The translations under genes were made by a program, and so were the position numbers. Of a stretch of 44,028 nucleotides of DNA, positions 8,737 through 19,781 are shown one piece after another. Each line of letters starts with the position of its first letter. The stretch's first letter is position 1. The notes below the pieces were generated by a model. It ran no database searches, was not told the DNA's origin, and saw only the letters and a list, made by a program, of their open reading frames with translations. Source of the DNA: Planctomycetota bacterium (GTDB taxonomy: Bacteria > Planctomycetota > GCA-002687715 > DRQF01); assembly GCA_024275615.1 (NCBI GenBank), contig JAJRYU010000465.1, positions 1 through 44,028 on the forward strand. Direction: 5' to 3'.

Positions 8737-11147
8737 GCAAACCCAGGGGTCGGAGTCGCTTTGTCAAAGACCTCCACGGGAAAACTATCGACTTGAATAG
8801 CGTCGTTACGAGCGGCCACCGCTTGCTTGAGAGTCTCGGCTTCTTGCTTAGTTATCACTCCAGCTTCAATGGCCTCGTATAAGCGTGCTTCTGGACGCCC
8901 GCGCTCGAGTCTCCCCTCCTTCATGCTTTGTTTGATCTTGCTGGCGATCCGAAGACCTTCAGTAGCGATCACAAGGGCTTGCTCCAAACGCCCCAAGGCC
9001 TCGTCCTTGGATTCGGGTACGTACATCAAGTCGAAAAGCCGCTCGCGTTGAGGACCCGGATGTCGAAGAATGGCTGCGACTTGACTCCCCAAGCGATCGT
9101 GGTGACTGCGCCCTATTGGGTTGAGTCGGGACCAAAGGGCCACTGGGCCGCCCATGATCTTGCCCAAATAGGGCACAGGAAAATTGGGGTAAGCGGCATC
9201 GAAGCCCTTTTGGATCTCTGCAAGGCACTCTTCGGCGGCGAGTTTGACCAGAGGTAAATCTTCTTCTCGCCGGCCGTCCGATTCATAGCGTTTCAGAACA
9301 GCGGTCAGAAAGTACATCCAAGAAAGAACATCTCCTAACCGTGCCGAAAGCCTCTCGTGGCGTTTCAGCTTACCGCCCAAGGAGATCATGGCGCAATCAG
9401 AAAGGAGGGCGAAGGAAGCAGAAGCCCACTTGAGCTTACGCCAATAGTGGGCAGTGGGGCCAGTGACCGGACTGCTCGCCAACCATCCTCGACTGACACT
9501 GAGCAGGACACTGCGAAACAAGTTCCTGGTAAAATGGCGCACGTGACTGAAGAAAGCGCGGTCAAATGCAACGATGTCATCCTTTGCAAGTGCGTCGACT
9601 TGGGCACGAGCCCATGGGTGACAGCGCATCGCACCTTGCCCGAATATGATCATCGAGCGAGTTAGGATGTTTGCACCTTCCACAGTAATCGCGATTGGAC
9701 TGGCGATATGACTGTTGGCCAAGATGTTTCGAGGACCTTGCGAAATACCAGCTCCGGCGACAATGTCCATTCCATCATTCGTAACTCGACGGGACATTTC
9801 AGTAAAATGACATTTGACAATCGCAGAAATCACCGAAGGTTTGTGTCCTGAGTCGAGAGCGGAGCAGGTGTAGCGTCGTGCCGCTTCCATGAGGTAGGTC
9901 ATGGCACCAATCCGAGACAAGGGTTCTTCGATGCCTTCAAATTTGCCGATTGGCATGCCAAACTGATAGCGCAACATGCTGTAGGCGCCGCTGGCCCGTG
10001 AAACCAACTTGGCGTTGGCCACCATGGCTGCAGGCAAAGCGATTCCTCGGCCAGCGGCGAGGCACTCCATGAGCATGCGCCAGCCTTGACCGGCAAAGGT
10101 GGGGCCACCAATAATCGTATCAACCGAAACGACGACGTTCTCACCGTAGATCGCACAGTTGTGAAACGGTACGCCGAGGGGGTCATGCCTTTCGTTTGCC
10201 GAAACCCCTGGAGTTTCTGTCGGAATGAGGGCACAAGTGATGCCAGGGGACACGCCTTGACCCAGGAGATTCTCAGGATCATGCAATTTGAAGGCTAGGC
10301 CAATGATGGTGCTGACAGTGGCCAGACTGGTATATCGTTTGTTCCAATTCAGCTCGAGCATGAGCTCGCCAGCTTCGTTCTTAAACACCTTCCCATCCGC
10401 TTCAATCGATCCGGCATCGCTTCCAGCGTTGGGTTCGGTGAGAGCAAAGCAAGGCATGTGCTCGCCACTGGCTAGTTTGGGGAGATATTCAGTTTTTTGT
10501 TCATCCGTACCATAGAGATGCAGGAGCTCTGCCGGGCCAAGGGAATTGGGAATCATCACGGTCACACTGAGAGCGAAGGACCTGGACGCCAATTTGTGAA
10601 CCACGGCACTCAAGCCACTCGAACTCAATTCCAAACCGCCATGTTCCTTCGAAACAATAAGACCGAAAAAACCGTTCTTCTTGAGAAAGGTCCATACCTC
10701 TGGAGGCAAGTCCTTGTCTTTCCAGCATTGTAGGTCATCAACCAAACGACAGACTTCTTCCACCGGCCCGTCCAAGAAGGCTTGTTCGTCAGGGCGCAGT
10801 ACCGTGTCCTTAGGTTCCAGGAGTTTCTTGGTATCAGGGTTGCCGGAGAATAACTCGCCATCCATCCAAACCGTCCCGGCTTCGAGAGCAACACGCTCCG
10901 TCTCCGAGATAACAGGTAGTAGGCCCGCTTTTTTGAGAAAGCCCGCAATTTTTCCGCCGAAGAGTCGAGACCGCAGAGGTGGAATACAAAAGAGTAAGAA
11001 TGGCAACACCAGAAGTACGATGAGCCACGTGGGGGCTCCCAGAAAGTAGAGCATGCCAGTAAAAGCTGCGGTCCAGATAATCAAGGGAGCCCCCAGGAAA
11101 CCTAAGATCAAGATCGCAATAGTGATCGCCAGTGTTGTCCACGTCAT
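8733..11147 (-). CDS. fadE: Long-form acyl-CoA dehydrogenase (FadE-type)
   Basis: The protein is 804 aa with N-terminal TM helices ([32 protein letters not shown]). An acyl-CoA dehydrogenase core follows ([40 protein letters not shown]). The long C-terminal helical domain resembles enterobacterial FadE. Confidence 0.9.
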   Translation of the reverse strand: MTWTTLAITIAILILGFLGAPLIIWTAAFTGMLYFLGAPTWLIVLLVLPFLLFCIPPLRSRLFGGKIAGFLKKAGLLPVISETERVALEAGTVWMDGELFSGNPDTKKLLEPKDTVLRPDEQAFLDGPVEEVCRLVDDLQCWKDKDLPPEVWTFLKKNGFFGLIVSKEHGGLELSSSGLSAVVHKLASRSFALSVTVMIPNSLGPAELLHLYGTDEQKTEYLPKLASGEHMPCFALTEPNAGSDAGSIEADGKVFKNEAGELMLELNWNKRYTSLATVSTIIGLAFKLHDPENLLGQGVSPGITCALIPTETPGVSANERHDPLGVPFHNCAIYGENVVVSVDTIIGGPTFAGQGWRMLMECLAAGRGIALPAAMVANAKLVSRASGAYSMLRYQFGMPIGKFEGIEEPLSRIGAMTYLMEAARRYTCSALDSGHKPSVISAIVKCHFTEMSRRVTNDGMDIVAGAGISQGPRNILANSHIASPIAITVEGANILTRSMIIFGQGAMRCHPWARAQVDALAKDDIVAFDRAFFSHVRHFTRNLFRSVLLSVSRGWLASSPVTGPTAHYWRKLKWASASFALLSDCAMISLGGKLKRHERLSARLGDVLSWMYFLTAVLKRYESDGRREEDLPLVKLAAEECLAEIQKGFDAAYPNFPVPYLGKIMGGPVALWSRLNPIGRSHHDRLGSQVAAILRHPGPQRERLFDLMYVPESKDEALGRLEQALVIATEGLRIASKIKQSMKEGRLERGRPEARLYEAIEAGVITKQEAETLKQAVAARNDAIQVDSFPVEVFDKATPTPGFA

Positions 11148-11329
11148 GACATTCTCCTGTAGTTCCGCGCGCCATGTGGGCGTTCAACTTTCGAAAGGAC
11201 AAGCCTCTCAAATGTTGATTCAACCTTGAGCAGCCGAGTACTTCCCCACACTATCATCGGCAGAAGAAACCCCAAAGTGTGACCTGGAAGTGTCACCAAA
11301 GCGCCTCACCGCAGAAAGAAGAAGAAACA

Positions 11330-11866
11330 ATGAACTCGACAGAAAAAACAGGGTCGTCGATGACGTTTTGGCTGCTGGGTGGTTGGCTCTTTCTGAGCAT
11401 TTCCATGGCCTATGTCGCTGGCAGCACATTTTCGACTTTGAAACCCAATCGGCTCAGACGAGCCAACGAAATTTTTTCCCAACTTGAAGCGGAAACTGCC
11501 AGGCCGCAGGCACTGCGCTACGTCGCATCTGAACTCAACAGGAAGTTTTTTCTCCACTACGGAAACGCACAATTGGCACTTGGACTCTGCGCCGTCTTGT
11601 TGCTCTTGAAGAGCCGTCGCCGTTGGGCAATCGTGGCCGCAACCTTGGCTTTTCTGCTGGCACTCGTGTTTCGATTCTATCTCATCCCAGAAGCTGTTGA
11701 GGTTGGCCGAGCCATTGACTTCACTGCAAGAGACGTCTTGACGGACGAACGCCTTCGCTTCAACAATCTCCATCGCGCCTCCACAACAATCGAAGGCATC
11801 AAGATGTTCCTCATCCTCGGGGCGACTTGGGGCTTATCTCGTTCCCGGCCTCCCAAAACAACCTAA
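11330..11866 (+). CDS. Hypothetical multi-pass membrane protein (possibly DUF4149-like)
   Basis: There are four hydrophobic segments. I prefer the ATG at 11330 (MNSTEK...) over the ORF-track start at 11279. The family assignment is tentative. Confidence 0.5.
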   Translation: MNSTEKTGSSMTFWLLGGWLFLSISMAYVAGSTFSTLKPNRLRRANEIFSQLEAETARPQALRYVASELNRKFFLHYGNAQLALGLCAVLLLLKSRRRWAIVAATLAFLLALVFRFYLIPEAVEVGRAIDFTARDVLTDERLRFNNLHRASTTIEGIKMFLILGATWGLSRSRPPKTT

Positions 11867-12023
11867 TCAAGAGATGCCCAACACCAGAGAAACTGCTCCG
11901 TATCAAGCTATTGGGCGTTATGTCCGATAGAGAAGTGGGGGGATGTTGCCTGCATCCTTGCAAGCTCAGTGTAATGGGCTGGGATGATCTCAGGCACTTG
12001 GCTTGAAATGCGGGGAGGTTTCT

Positions 12024-13526
12024 ATGAGATCTCGATGGGACGAATGCGACCCCAAAGAGACCAAGCGGATGCAGATCAAGAAATTGCGCCGCTATCTCAC
12101 CGAGCAAGTCCTGCCGTTTAGTCCCCACTATCGCCATCTCGCCAAGATAGGGCACATTCCGCTCGACGATCTCAAAGACCTCTCGGACTTGGCCCGGCTC
12201 CCCTTCACAAGCAAAAAAGAACTCTTGCCCAACGCGGAGGCAGGAAGCGGCCCCAGAGACTTCATTCTGCAGCCGTCCAAAGAACTCATCCAACAGGAAT
12301 TGCCAACCGGTGCCAAATTGAAATTCCTGCTCCGGCGGTTGATCAAGGGAGAAGAAGGATTGCAACAGGAATTGTTGCGCGAATACAATCCAACGCAGAT
12401 GTTCTTCACCACCGGAAGAAGCGCATCATCTATTCCTTTTTTCTTGACTCCTTATGACCAAGCTCTACTTCGTGAAACCGGACGACGCATCGTTCGCGTC
12501 TTGGGGTTAGATCCGAAAGCCGACAAAGTTCTGAGCTTCTTCCCCTACGCTCCTCACTTGGCGTTTTGGCAAGTGGCAGCCTGTGCTGAAGCCGGTGGCA
12601 TCCTCACGCTCAATACTGGTGGTGGCAAGGCCATGGGAGGCACAAGGATCATTGACCTGATGCAGAGAATGGAGCCCACTGCAATCGTTGGTATGCCCGG
12701 ATATGCCTATCACCTGCTCCGCTCGGCTCATCGGGCTGGCGCGAGACTCTCGTCCATTAAGCGCGTGGCTCTAGGCGGCGAAGCTGTCTCCCGAACCCTT
12801 AAGAAAAAGATTATTAGCTTGCTTCAGGACATGGGTTCAGAGAACGCGAAGGTGGCCAGCGTTTTTGGATTTACTGAAGCGAGACAATGTTGGACAGAAT
12901 GTGTCGGCGCAGACAACACAGGATTTCATCTCTCACCCGATCTAAGCATTGTTGAAATTGTCGATCCGAAGACGGGCGAGATCATGAATGACGGAGAAAG
13001 CGGCGAATTGGTCTATTCCACTCTTGAAGGTCGTGGTTCAGCGCTCTTGCGCTATCGAACCGGTGATCTCATCGAAGGTGGCCTGACTTGGGAACGCTGC
13101 CCCGGATGTGGCAGGAGGTTGCCACGCATGTCCAGCATCGTTCGCCGTGTTTCCAACGTCAAAAATCTCGAATTGTCGAAAATCAAAGGAACCTATGTCA
13201 ATTTCAATTCGATTTTTGAACTCCTAGATGCAGAGGCCGACATTGAAGAATGGCAAATTGTCATCAGCAAGCCCGATGACGACCCATTCGAGGTTGATGA
13301 ACTCACCTTGCACCTCGCCTTGGCTGAAGGAACGGAATTTAGAGCGATCATTGATCGCATTCAACAGCGTTCCAGAGCCTGTGCTGAAATTCAGTTCAAC
13401 AACATCCGAATCCACAATCTCGATGAAATGCTCGAGCGAATCGGCATGGAAACCGAAACCAAGGAACAACGCATCCTGGACCTTCGCCCCATGCGCGACT
13501 CAGCACTGAACAAGGTCGCAGAGTGA
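12024..13526 (+). CDS. Adenylate-forming enzyme of the PaaK/coenzyme-F390-synthetase-like family (acyl-CoA ligase-like)
   Basis: The RBS is GGAGGtttctATG at 12024. Family motifs are present: [13 protein letters not shown] (a divergent P-loop), [50 protein letters not shown]. There is a CPGC insertion ([12 protein letters not shown]). Confidence 0.7.
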   Translation: MRSRWDECDPKETKRMQIKKLRRYLTEQVLPFSPHYRHLAKIGHIPLDDLKDLSDLARLPFTSKKELLPNAEAGSGPRDFILQPSKELIQQELPTGAKLKFLLRRLIKGEEGLQQELLREYNPTQMFFTTGRSASSIPFFLTPYDQALLRETGRRIVRVLGLDPKADKVLSFFPYAPHLAFWQVAACAEAGGILTLNTGGGKAMGGTRIIDLMQRMEPTAIVGMPGYAYHLLRSAHRAGARLSSIKRVALGGEAVSRTLKKKIISLLQDMGSENAKVASVFGFTEARQCWTECVGADNTGFHLSPDLSIVEIVDPKTGEIMNDGESGELVYSTLEGRGSALLRYRTGDLIEGGLTWERCPGCGRRLPRMSSIVRRVSNVKNLELSKIKGTYVNFNSIFELLDAEADIEEWQIVISKPDDDPFEVDELTLHLALAEGTEFRAIIDRIQQRSRACAEIQFNNIRIHNLDEMLERIGMETETKEQRILDLRPMRDSALNKVAE

Positions 13527-14467
13527 AACGGTCTGAGAGAAAAAGAGCCGGAGGTACGACACTCATCCTTGGCGGAGGCGGAGCACGGGGATTCGCCCAT
13601 TTCGGCGTTCTTCAGGTCCTCGAACAAGCTGGATTCCAAATCGACCGGATCATCGGAGTTTCCATCGGCGCTTTCGTGGGCGCTCTTTATTGTGATTGCC
13701 CTGATGCTGAGCTCATCACGCAGCGAGTTCATGACTACGTCCACGACCCAAAATTCTTGCGGTACTACAACCGCATGCTCAAGGCATCAAGAGGAGCGGG
13801 TCATTCGACCGACGACGACCCATCCGGACTCAGCGAATCCGCGCGAGCTTGGGGCCGAATTGTTGGCCGAGTTCGTAGCTACTTGCGAGCCACAGTGGCT
13901 TTCCACCGTTTTGTTTCACGCCCGGGGATCTTGAGCAATCGTCCGATGGAGGATTGCCTCGATTCGCTCATGAAGAACGTACCCATCGAGGAGCTTACTA
14001 TCCCTCTCACCATCGTCGCCGCCGATCTGGTCTTGGGCGAGAGAGTTGATATTGCTGAAGGAGAGGTTTTCTCCGCCATCATCGGCAGTACGGCTCTGCC
14101 GGGCATTTTTCCGCCCGTCTTGCGAAATGAGCACGTGTTATCGGACTACGGTGTCCTCTGCGCCATTCCCATGGAAACAGCCAAGAAACACAAACCGGAT
14201 TTGGTGGTCGCTGTTGACCTCTCTCCACCCTTAGAAAAGAAAACAAGTTTTGAATCTGGCCTTGAGGTTATCAATCGTATGGACGCGATTGGCTGCCAGC
14301 TTTTTAACGATCAAGCTGCCTTAGAGGCAGATCTTGTTATTCGCCCTGATCTTGGCAATACCAGTTGGGCTGACTTCCTGGAGATGGACGAGATTTTGGC
14401 CATGGGACGCTCTGCAGCCTTGACAGCGCTCCCTCGGCTCCATGCTCTGAGAACGAACGTCTCTTGA
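13523..14467 (+). CDS. Patatin-like phospholipase (RssA-like)
   Basis: Its GTG overlaps the ligase stop (GTGA). The oxyanion motif is [17 protein letters not shown] and the nucleophile elbow is GVSIGA. An Asp-containing motif lies late in the sequence (SDYGVL). Confidence 0.85.
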   Translation: MKRSERKRAGGTTLILGGGGARGFAHFGVLQVLEQAGFQIDRIIGVSIGAFVGALYCDCPDAELITQRVHDYVHDPKFLRYYNRMLKASRGAGHSTDDDPSGLSESARAWGRIVGRVRSYLRATVAFHRFVSRPGILSNRPMEDCLDSLMKNVPIEELTIPLTIVAADLVLGERVDIAEGEVFSAIIGSTALPGIFPPVLRNEHVLSDYGVLCAIPMETAKKHKPDLVVAVDLSPPLEKKTSFESGLEVINRMDAIGCQLFNDQAALEADLVIRPDLGNTSWADFLEMDEILAMGRSAALTALPRLHALRTNVS

Positions 14468-14578
14468 CCATCGACAAAATTTTGTCGGAGTACACTCCGA
14501 CTTGGGCCATTTTGAGTATCTTGCCGATCCAGCGACACCTTCTGAGTTGGTGTCGCGGCGAAATCGGAAAGGCCGCTG

Positions 14579-16651
14579 ATGGCAACCCATGATTTGGACA
14601 ACTTGACTGCCCTCCAATTGGCGGTGGACGATGGCATCTTCCTGCTCACCCTTGGCGAACCAGGAGGCCGCCCTTTCATCTTGAATCCCGAGACCATGGC
14701 CCAATTCGAGACCGTTCTGGCCCACCTGGAGGGCCAACAATCGCACGCGCGAGGCCTCATTATCACAGGCCAGCAGACCGCAGTCTTTTGTGCGGGAGCT
14801 GACCTCGATGTTCTGGCTCAATACTCAAGCGAAAAGCAGATATCAGATTTCATCGTCCGTGGGCAAGATCTCTTTTGCCGCCTGGAGGCCCTGAGTTTTC
14901 CGACTGTTGCTGCCATCGCAGGAACCTGCGTCGGTGGTGGTTTGGAATTGGCGCTCGCCTGCAACATCCGTTTGGCGAGTGACGACGCAAAGACGAAGTT
15001 GGGCCTTCCGGAAGTTCGCCTCGGTATCCTCCCGGCTTGGGGAGGTACGACCCGACTCGTCAATAAGGTGGGGTTGAAAGAGGCCTTACCCATGCTTCTC
15101 TCAGGTCGACTCGCATCTGGCAGACGTGCTAGAAAAATCGGGTTGGTGGCAGAGTGTTGTCCCCAAAGTCTTCTTCAGGGTCGAGCCAGATTTTGGCTTG
15201 ACAATCTCAATGCCGCCATCGCTCATGGACATACCGGCAATCCCGTATTTCGCTCAGTCGGCTTGCTGGATTACCTCGTCCAAGAGATCGCTTTGGTTCG
15301 GAAGATCTTCATAGGTCTCGCCGGCAGAAAAGTCATGGCGCAAACACAAGGCCATTACCCCGCCCCTCTTGCCTTGTTGTCCATTCTCAGGCAGTCAACA
15401 AAAGCGAGCTTGGAAGAACGACTGGATTTCGAACATGATGGGGTTCTAGCTCTGGCGCAAGGTGAAGTCGCGAAGAACCTGATCTCCATTTTTCGCCGCA
15501 ATCGCGACAAGGACCGTGGTTCCCCTTATGACTACGATGCCAAGCGTCTAGCACCAATTAATCGTGTCGCTGTCATTGGTGCCGGAGTCATGGGATCAGG
15601 CATTGCCACGGCATTGCTGACTGCGGGAAGAAACGTCGTCTTGCTTGACCCTTTGGGCAAAGCTCTTGTTGCCGCCAACAAGGCCATCGACAAGGAACTG
15701 GCCCTGCGCGTCAAACGCCGACGCCTCACGCCCCATGCAGCGCGCACCATCAAAGATCGATTGATACTCACTGATGACTATAGAGACTTGAGCGCTGCCG
15801 AACTCGTCATCGAATCTGTACCCGAAATAGCCGAACTCAAGAGCCAAGTTCTTGCTTCGATCGTCGAACATGCCAACAAGACAGCGATCATCTGCACGAA
15901 CACGTCGAGTTTGAGCATCGCCGATTTGTCCAAGGCTCTCCCCGGCCGAAGGCGCCTCTACGGATTGCACTTTTTTAACCCTGCGCCCAAGATGCCCCTC
16001 GTTGAAATCGTCCGTGGGCCAGGAGCAACCGACAAGACTCTCGCACGACTCACTCGGTTCTGTCGACACTTGGGCAAGACGCCGGTCATTGTTGCAGACT
16101 GTCCGGCCTTTGTGGTCAATCGTCTATTAGCCCCCTATCTTCTTGAGGCCCAAAAGCTACTAACCGAAGGGGCACCCCTGGCCGCCATTGAATCGGCGGC
16201 ACGTAGATTCGGACTCCCCATGGGGCCTTTCGAACTGATGGACTCGGTCGGACTCGACATCATCAAACACGTTTGCGACTATCTTGCAAGTATCCCGGAA
16301 TTGGGATTTGAGTCGCCCTTGCTCCTTACAAGGCTCGTCGAACGCGGTGAATTTGGCCGCAAAACAAAGACTGGCTACTATCGGTGGCGAGGTAGAAAGA
16401 AGAAGGCGCGTAGCGACCAAGAACTTCATCGTTTGGCCCAAGTCCACCCGGAAGCGCGCACATGGTCGAAGCAAGTCATTGAAGACCGCCTCACTCAGGT
16501 CCTACGCCGAGAGGCTCAGCAGATTCTTTCGGAAGGTGTCGTCAAAGACTCGAACGATCTCGACCTCGCTTCTGTCTTCGGCATGGGATTCCCACCATTC
16601 ACTGGCGGCATCGGCACCTGGGCAACAACAAAGAAGGAGGCGCTCTCTTGA
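14579..16651 (+). CDS. fadB: Bifunctional enoyl-CoA hydratase / 3-hydroxyacyl-CoA dehydrogenase (FadB/FadJ type)
   Basis: Crotonase motifs are FCAGADL and CVGGGLELALAC. The NAD-binding motif is VAVIGAGVMGSGIA. 3HCDH motifs are GLHFFNPAPKMPLVEIV and PAFVVNRLL. Confidence 0.9.
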   Translation: MATHDLDNLTALQLAVDDGIFLLTLGEPGGRPFILNPETMAQFETVLAHLEGQQSHARGLIITGQQTAVFCAGADLDVLAQYSSEKQISDFIVRGQDLFCRLEALSFPTVAAIAGTCVGGGLELALACNIRLASDDAKTKLGLPEVRLGILPAWGGTTRLVNKVGLKEALPMLLSGRLASGRRARKIGLVAECCPQSLLQGRARFWLDNLNAAIAHGHTGNPVFRSVGLLDYLVQEIALVRKIFIGLAGRKVMAQTQGHYPAPLALLSILRQSTKASLEERLDFEHDGVLALAQGEVAKNLISIFRRNRDKDRGSPYDYDAKRLAPINRVAVIGAGVMGSGIATALLTAGRNVVLLDPLGKALVAANKAIDKELALRVKRRRLTPHAARTIKDRLILTDDYRDLSAAELVIESVPEIAELKSQVLASIVEHANKTAIICTNTSSLSIADLSKALPGRRRLYGLHFFNPAPKMPLVEIVRGPGATDKTLARLTRFCRHLGKTPVIVADCPAFVVNRLLAPYLLEAQKLLTEGAPLAAIESAARRFGLPMGPFELMDSVGLDIIKHVCDYLASIPELGFESPLLLTRLVERGEFGRKTKTGYYRWRGRKKKARSDQELHRLAQVHPEARTWSKQVIEDRLTQVLRREAQQILSEGVVKDSNDLDLASVFGMGFPPFTGGIGTWATTKKEALS

Positions 16652-17925
16652 AGCAACAAGATCAAGAACTCGTCGTCGTTGATGGTGCGCGCACTCCTTT
16701 CGCCTTGGCCAATCGGGAGTTCGCCAACATCGGCGCCGATGAACTGGGCAGCATCGCTTGCAAACATCTCTTGGCGCGCCATCCCGAAATGGCACAGCGG
16801 ATTGCCGAAGTGATCTTCGGTTGCGTTGGGCCTGACGCTACGGTTGCCAATATCGCGCGTGTTATCAGCTTGCGTGCTGGCATCGATGAATCCGTCCCAG
16901 CACTCACGGTTCAAAGGAACTGTGCTTCAGGTATGGAGGCCCTGGCTCAGGTTTTCCATCGTCGAGATCGACCATCAAACCGAGTATTTTTGGTGGGCGG
17001 AACCGAATCGATGAGTTCCTATCCATTCTACTTCGGCAACGAAATGAAGTCCCTTTTCTCACAACTGGGCCGCGCCAAGACCTCTGTGGCGAGAATACGT
17101 GAGCTACTCAAGTTCCGCCCGCGATTCTTGCGCCCACGGATTGCCCTCTTGGAAGGCTTGACCGATCCCATCTGTGGCTTGAGCATGGGCAAAACCGCGG
17201 AAAACCTGGCCAGGGAATTTGGCATCACGCGGGCGGCTCAAGACGAATATGCGCTCATGAGCCACCAGCGGGCGGCTCGATCTCAGGAACGTCTCCGAGA
17301 AGAGTCCGTTGTTTGTATCACCGAAGCCGAGGCGATTAGAGACGATACTTCTGTCAGACCCAATCAGGATTTGGCAGCCCTTGCGAAACTTAGAAGTGTT
17401 TTTACTCGCAACTATGGCACAGTGACGGCGGGGAACTCCTGCGCTGTCACTGACGGCGCTTGCGCCATGCTCGTGGCGAGCCCTCAGGCACTTGAACCCG
17501 ATACTGAAACACTTGGTTATGTTCGAGACTGCGTTACCGTCGCCTTAGCACCACAGAGGATGGGCTTAGGTCCCGTTTACGCCATGGCGGCTTTGCTTGA
17601 GAAGAATGGGCTCGAATTGAGCGACATCGATTTGTTTGAAATCAACGAAGCGTTCGCAGCTCAAGTCCTTGCTTGTTTGCAAGCTTCAAAATCAAAGAGT
17701 TTTTGTCGCCAAGAGTTGAATCGTAACCGCAGCCTCGGGGAGATACCACTTGAGCGACTCAACGTGAACGGGGGCGCAATTGCTCTTGGGCATCCAGTTG
17801 GCGCTAGCGGTGCCCGCATCGTGTTGACGATGCTGAAAGAAATGAAGCGCCAAAACTTAAGGTACGGGATCGCTGCCCTTTGTGTCGGTGGCGGCCAGGG
17901 TTCAGCCGTACTGCTTGAACGATAG
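16648..17925 (+). CDS. fadA: Acetyl-CoA C-acyltransferase (3-ketoacyl-CoA thiolase)
   Basis: Its TTG start overlaps the fadB stop (TTGA). Thiolase motifs are VQRNCASGMEAL, GNSCAVTDGA, NVNGGAIALGHPVGASGARI and CVGGGQG. Confidence 0.9.
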   Translation: MKQQDQELVVVDGARTPFALANREFANIGADELGSIACKHLLARHPEMAQRIAEVIFGCVGPDATVANIARVISLRAGIDESVPALTVQRNCASGMEALAQVFHRRDRPSNRVFLVGGTESMSSYPFYFGNEMKSLFSQLGRAKTSVARIRELLKFRPRFLRPRIALLEGLTDPICGLSMGKTAENLAREFGITRAAQDEYALMSHQRAARSQERLREESVVCITEAEAIRDDTSVRPNQDLAALAKLRSVFTRNYGTVTAGNSCAVTDGACAMLVASPQALEPDTETLGYVRDCVTVALAPQRMGLGPVYAMAALLEKNGLELSDIDLFEINEAFAAQVLACLQASKSKSFCRQELNRNRSLGEIPLERLNVNGGAIALGHPVGASGARIVLTMLKEMKRQNLRYGIAALCVGGGQGSAVLLER

Positions 17926-17933
17926 GAAGACTC

Positions 17934-19025
17934 ATGACAGAGACGATCGCCCCAAAAACCCTTGCCCGCATGCCAAAGGTTCTCCTTCACAATCACTTGG
18001 ACGGGAGTTTGCGACCACAGACAATCATTGAGTTGGCCCATGATGTTAAGGACCTCACCTTGGCCACTGAAGACCCAGAAGAGCTGGCTCAGTGGTTTTT
18101 TCGCGGTGCCAACAAGGGCAACTTAGTTGAGTATTTGGAGGGATTTGGCGTCACCTGCGGAGTCATGCAAACGGAAGAGGCTCTCACACGTGTCGCAACT
18201 GAGCTTATCGAAGATCTTCACGCCGATGGCGTAGTCTACACTGAAGTTCGCTTCGCACCATTGCTCCATGTTTCCAAGGGTCTTAACTACGAACAAGTCA
18301 TGAGTGCCGTCATTCGTGGTCTGGAACAAGGTAAGGCTAAGACCGGAGTCAGTTGGGGCATCATCGTCTGTGCTCTACGCAACATGGAGCCGAGCTTGTC
18401 GTTGGAAATGGCTGAATTGGCCGTCGCGTTCAGGGATCGGGGTACAGTTGGTTTTGACTTAGCTGGAGATGAAAACGGGCATCCTCCAAAAGCACACCTC
18501 AAGGCATTCCATTATTGCCAACGGGAGAATTTCAACATCACGATTCACGCCGGCGAAGCATTCGGTGCCGCGAGTATCTGGCAAGCCCTCCAATACTGTG
18601 GCGCCCATAGAATCGGCCATTGCACTCGTCTTGTCGAAGATATGACAATCCAAGACGGAAAAGTCACAGCGATGGGAACGCTGGCCGCCTACGTCCGTGA
18701 TCACCGAATTCCCTTGGAAATCTGCCTTCAAAGCAACGTCCACACAGGGGCTATTGCCGCCCTCGAAGACCATCCTTTCCGGCCCTATTTTGACGCGCGA
18801 TTCCGCGTCACGCTCAATACCGACAACTGCCTGATGTCGAATACCACGATGTCGGAAGAATTTGCCGTCGCCAACCGTACCTTCGGGCTCACGGCTACAG
18901 ACTTAGAAAAGGTCACCGTCAACGCCATGAAGAGCGCGTTCGTCGGCTACGACGAACGTCTGGTCTTGATCTATGAGAGTATCAAGGCTGGTTATCAAGT
19001 CATTCGGGATGAAGGTTTGATTTGA
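17934..19025 (+). CDS. add: Adenosine deaminase
   Basis: Signature motifs are LPKVLLHNHLDGSLRP, GFDLAGDE, ITIHAGEA, RIGHC and TLNTDN. Confidence 0.9.
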   Translation: MTETIAPKTLARMPKVLLHNHLDGSLRPQTIIELAHDVKDLTLATEDPEELAQWFFRGANKGNLVEYLEGFGVTCGVMQTEEALTRVATELIEDLHADGVVYTEVRFAPLLHVSKGLNYEQVMSAVIRGLEQGKAKTGVSWGIIVCALRNMEPSLSLEMAELAVAFRDRGTVGFDLAGDENGHPPKAHLKAFHYCQRENFNITIHAGEAFGAASIWQALQYCGAHRIGHCTRLVEDMTIQDGKVTAMGTLAAYVRDHRIPLEICLQSNVHTGAIAALEDHPFRPYFDARFRVTLNTDNCLMSNTTMSEEFAVANRTFGLTATDLEKVTVNAMKSAFVGYDERLVLIYESIKAGYQVIRDEGLI

Positions 19026-19093
19026 CTTGGAACAAGTTCGTGAATTCGTGACCACAAGCGACGACAATCTCACGAACAAGACGGGTTTGCACC

Positions 19094-19729
19094 CTATTGA
19101 GCCGGATCGATGTCAATGAGAGCGAAGCGCTCGCTACCCTGGCGCCCGGGGGCTCGGACTGGTTCGTCGCATCTGAGATGCGCTTTCTCGCCTAAGACAG
19201 CCAACATGTCGCCCACGGAGATACCAAAAGGCGGGCCGCCATCCGCAAGTTCTTTCCCAAATGGGAAAATCAAAGCCCCCACAGTGCCGCCTTCTGGCAA
19301 AGCCGCCAGCACACTCGCGCCCCATTTTTGCCGCAAGTTTGGTGGAATGGCACAAAAGAAGGTGTGATCCCACCATAAGTCGTAGACTTCGCCTTCAGCC
19401 AGGCAGAAAGCGTCGCGCACAAGAAAGCGGGAACCTGAAGCCGTCAATTCTGGGAGTCGATGAGGAACCAATTCCTCTGCCAGATCAACGGCTGTCACAT
19501 CCCAACCGTGTTTTGCCAGACACAGAGCATCGTGCCCACGCCCACATCCAGGCACATAAGCTCGGCCCTTGCCGCCAAGCTCAACCATGCGCCTCAAGAG
19601 TTCTGGATGAGGTCCTCCCAAGTCCCAAGGAGAGACGGAATGCCGCCAAAAGTGATTCCAGAAAGACGGATGTTCGCTCGATTCCAACGGGACTTCGAAC
19701 CCCTCGGGTAGATGATCTTCAATTCCCAT
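19094..19729 (-). CDS. TPMT-family SAM-dependent (thiol/halide/chalcogen) methyltransferase
   Basis: The TPMT-family layout is present: FWNHFWRHSVSPWDLGGPHP, AYVPGCGRGHDALCLAKHGWDVTAVDLAE, WDHTFFCAIPP..R..W and GGPPFGISV. Confidence 0.7.
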   Translation of the reverse strand: MGIEDHLPEGFEVPLESSEHPSFWNHFWRHSVSPWDLGGPHPELLRRMVELGGKGRAYVPGCGRGHDALCLAKHGWDVTAVDLAEELVPHRLPELTASGSRFLVRDAFCLAEGEVYDLWWDHTFFCAIPPNLRQKWGASVLAALPEGGTVGALIFPFGKELADGGPPFGISVGDMLAVLGEKAHLRCDEPVRAPGRQGSERFALIDIDPAQ

Positions 19730-19781
19730 GGCTTCACCGATTCCAAAATTCGAAAAGAGTTAGCGATTTGGCATTTGTTAT

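Noticed and set aside
11207-11230. An imperfect 24-nt palindrome, CTCAAATGTTGATTCAACCTTGAG, lies about 60-80 nt upstream of fadE and could be a fad operator.
   Set aside because: It is imperfect, with an indel in one arm. It is unrelated in sequence to the 14472 palindrome, and it does not match the FadR-type consensus I know. The evidence is too weak to report as a site.
13523-14467. The patatin-like phospholipase could be a CBASS-type (CapV) defence effector.
   Set aside because: The adjacent gene is an adenylate-forming ligase, not a CD-NTase. The operon continues into fadBA. The context points to lipid catabolism and not to anti-phage signalling.
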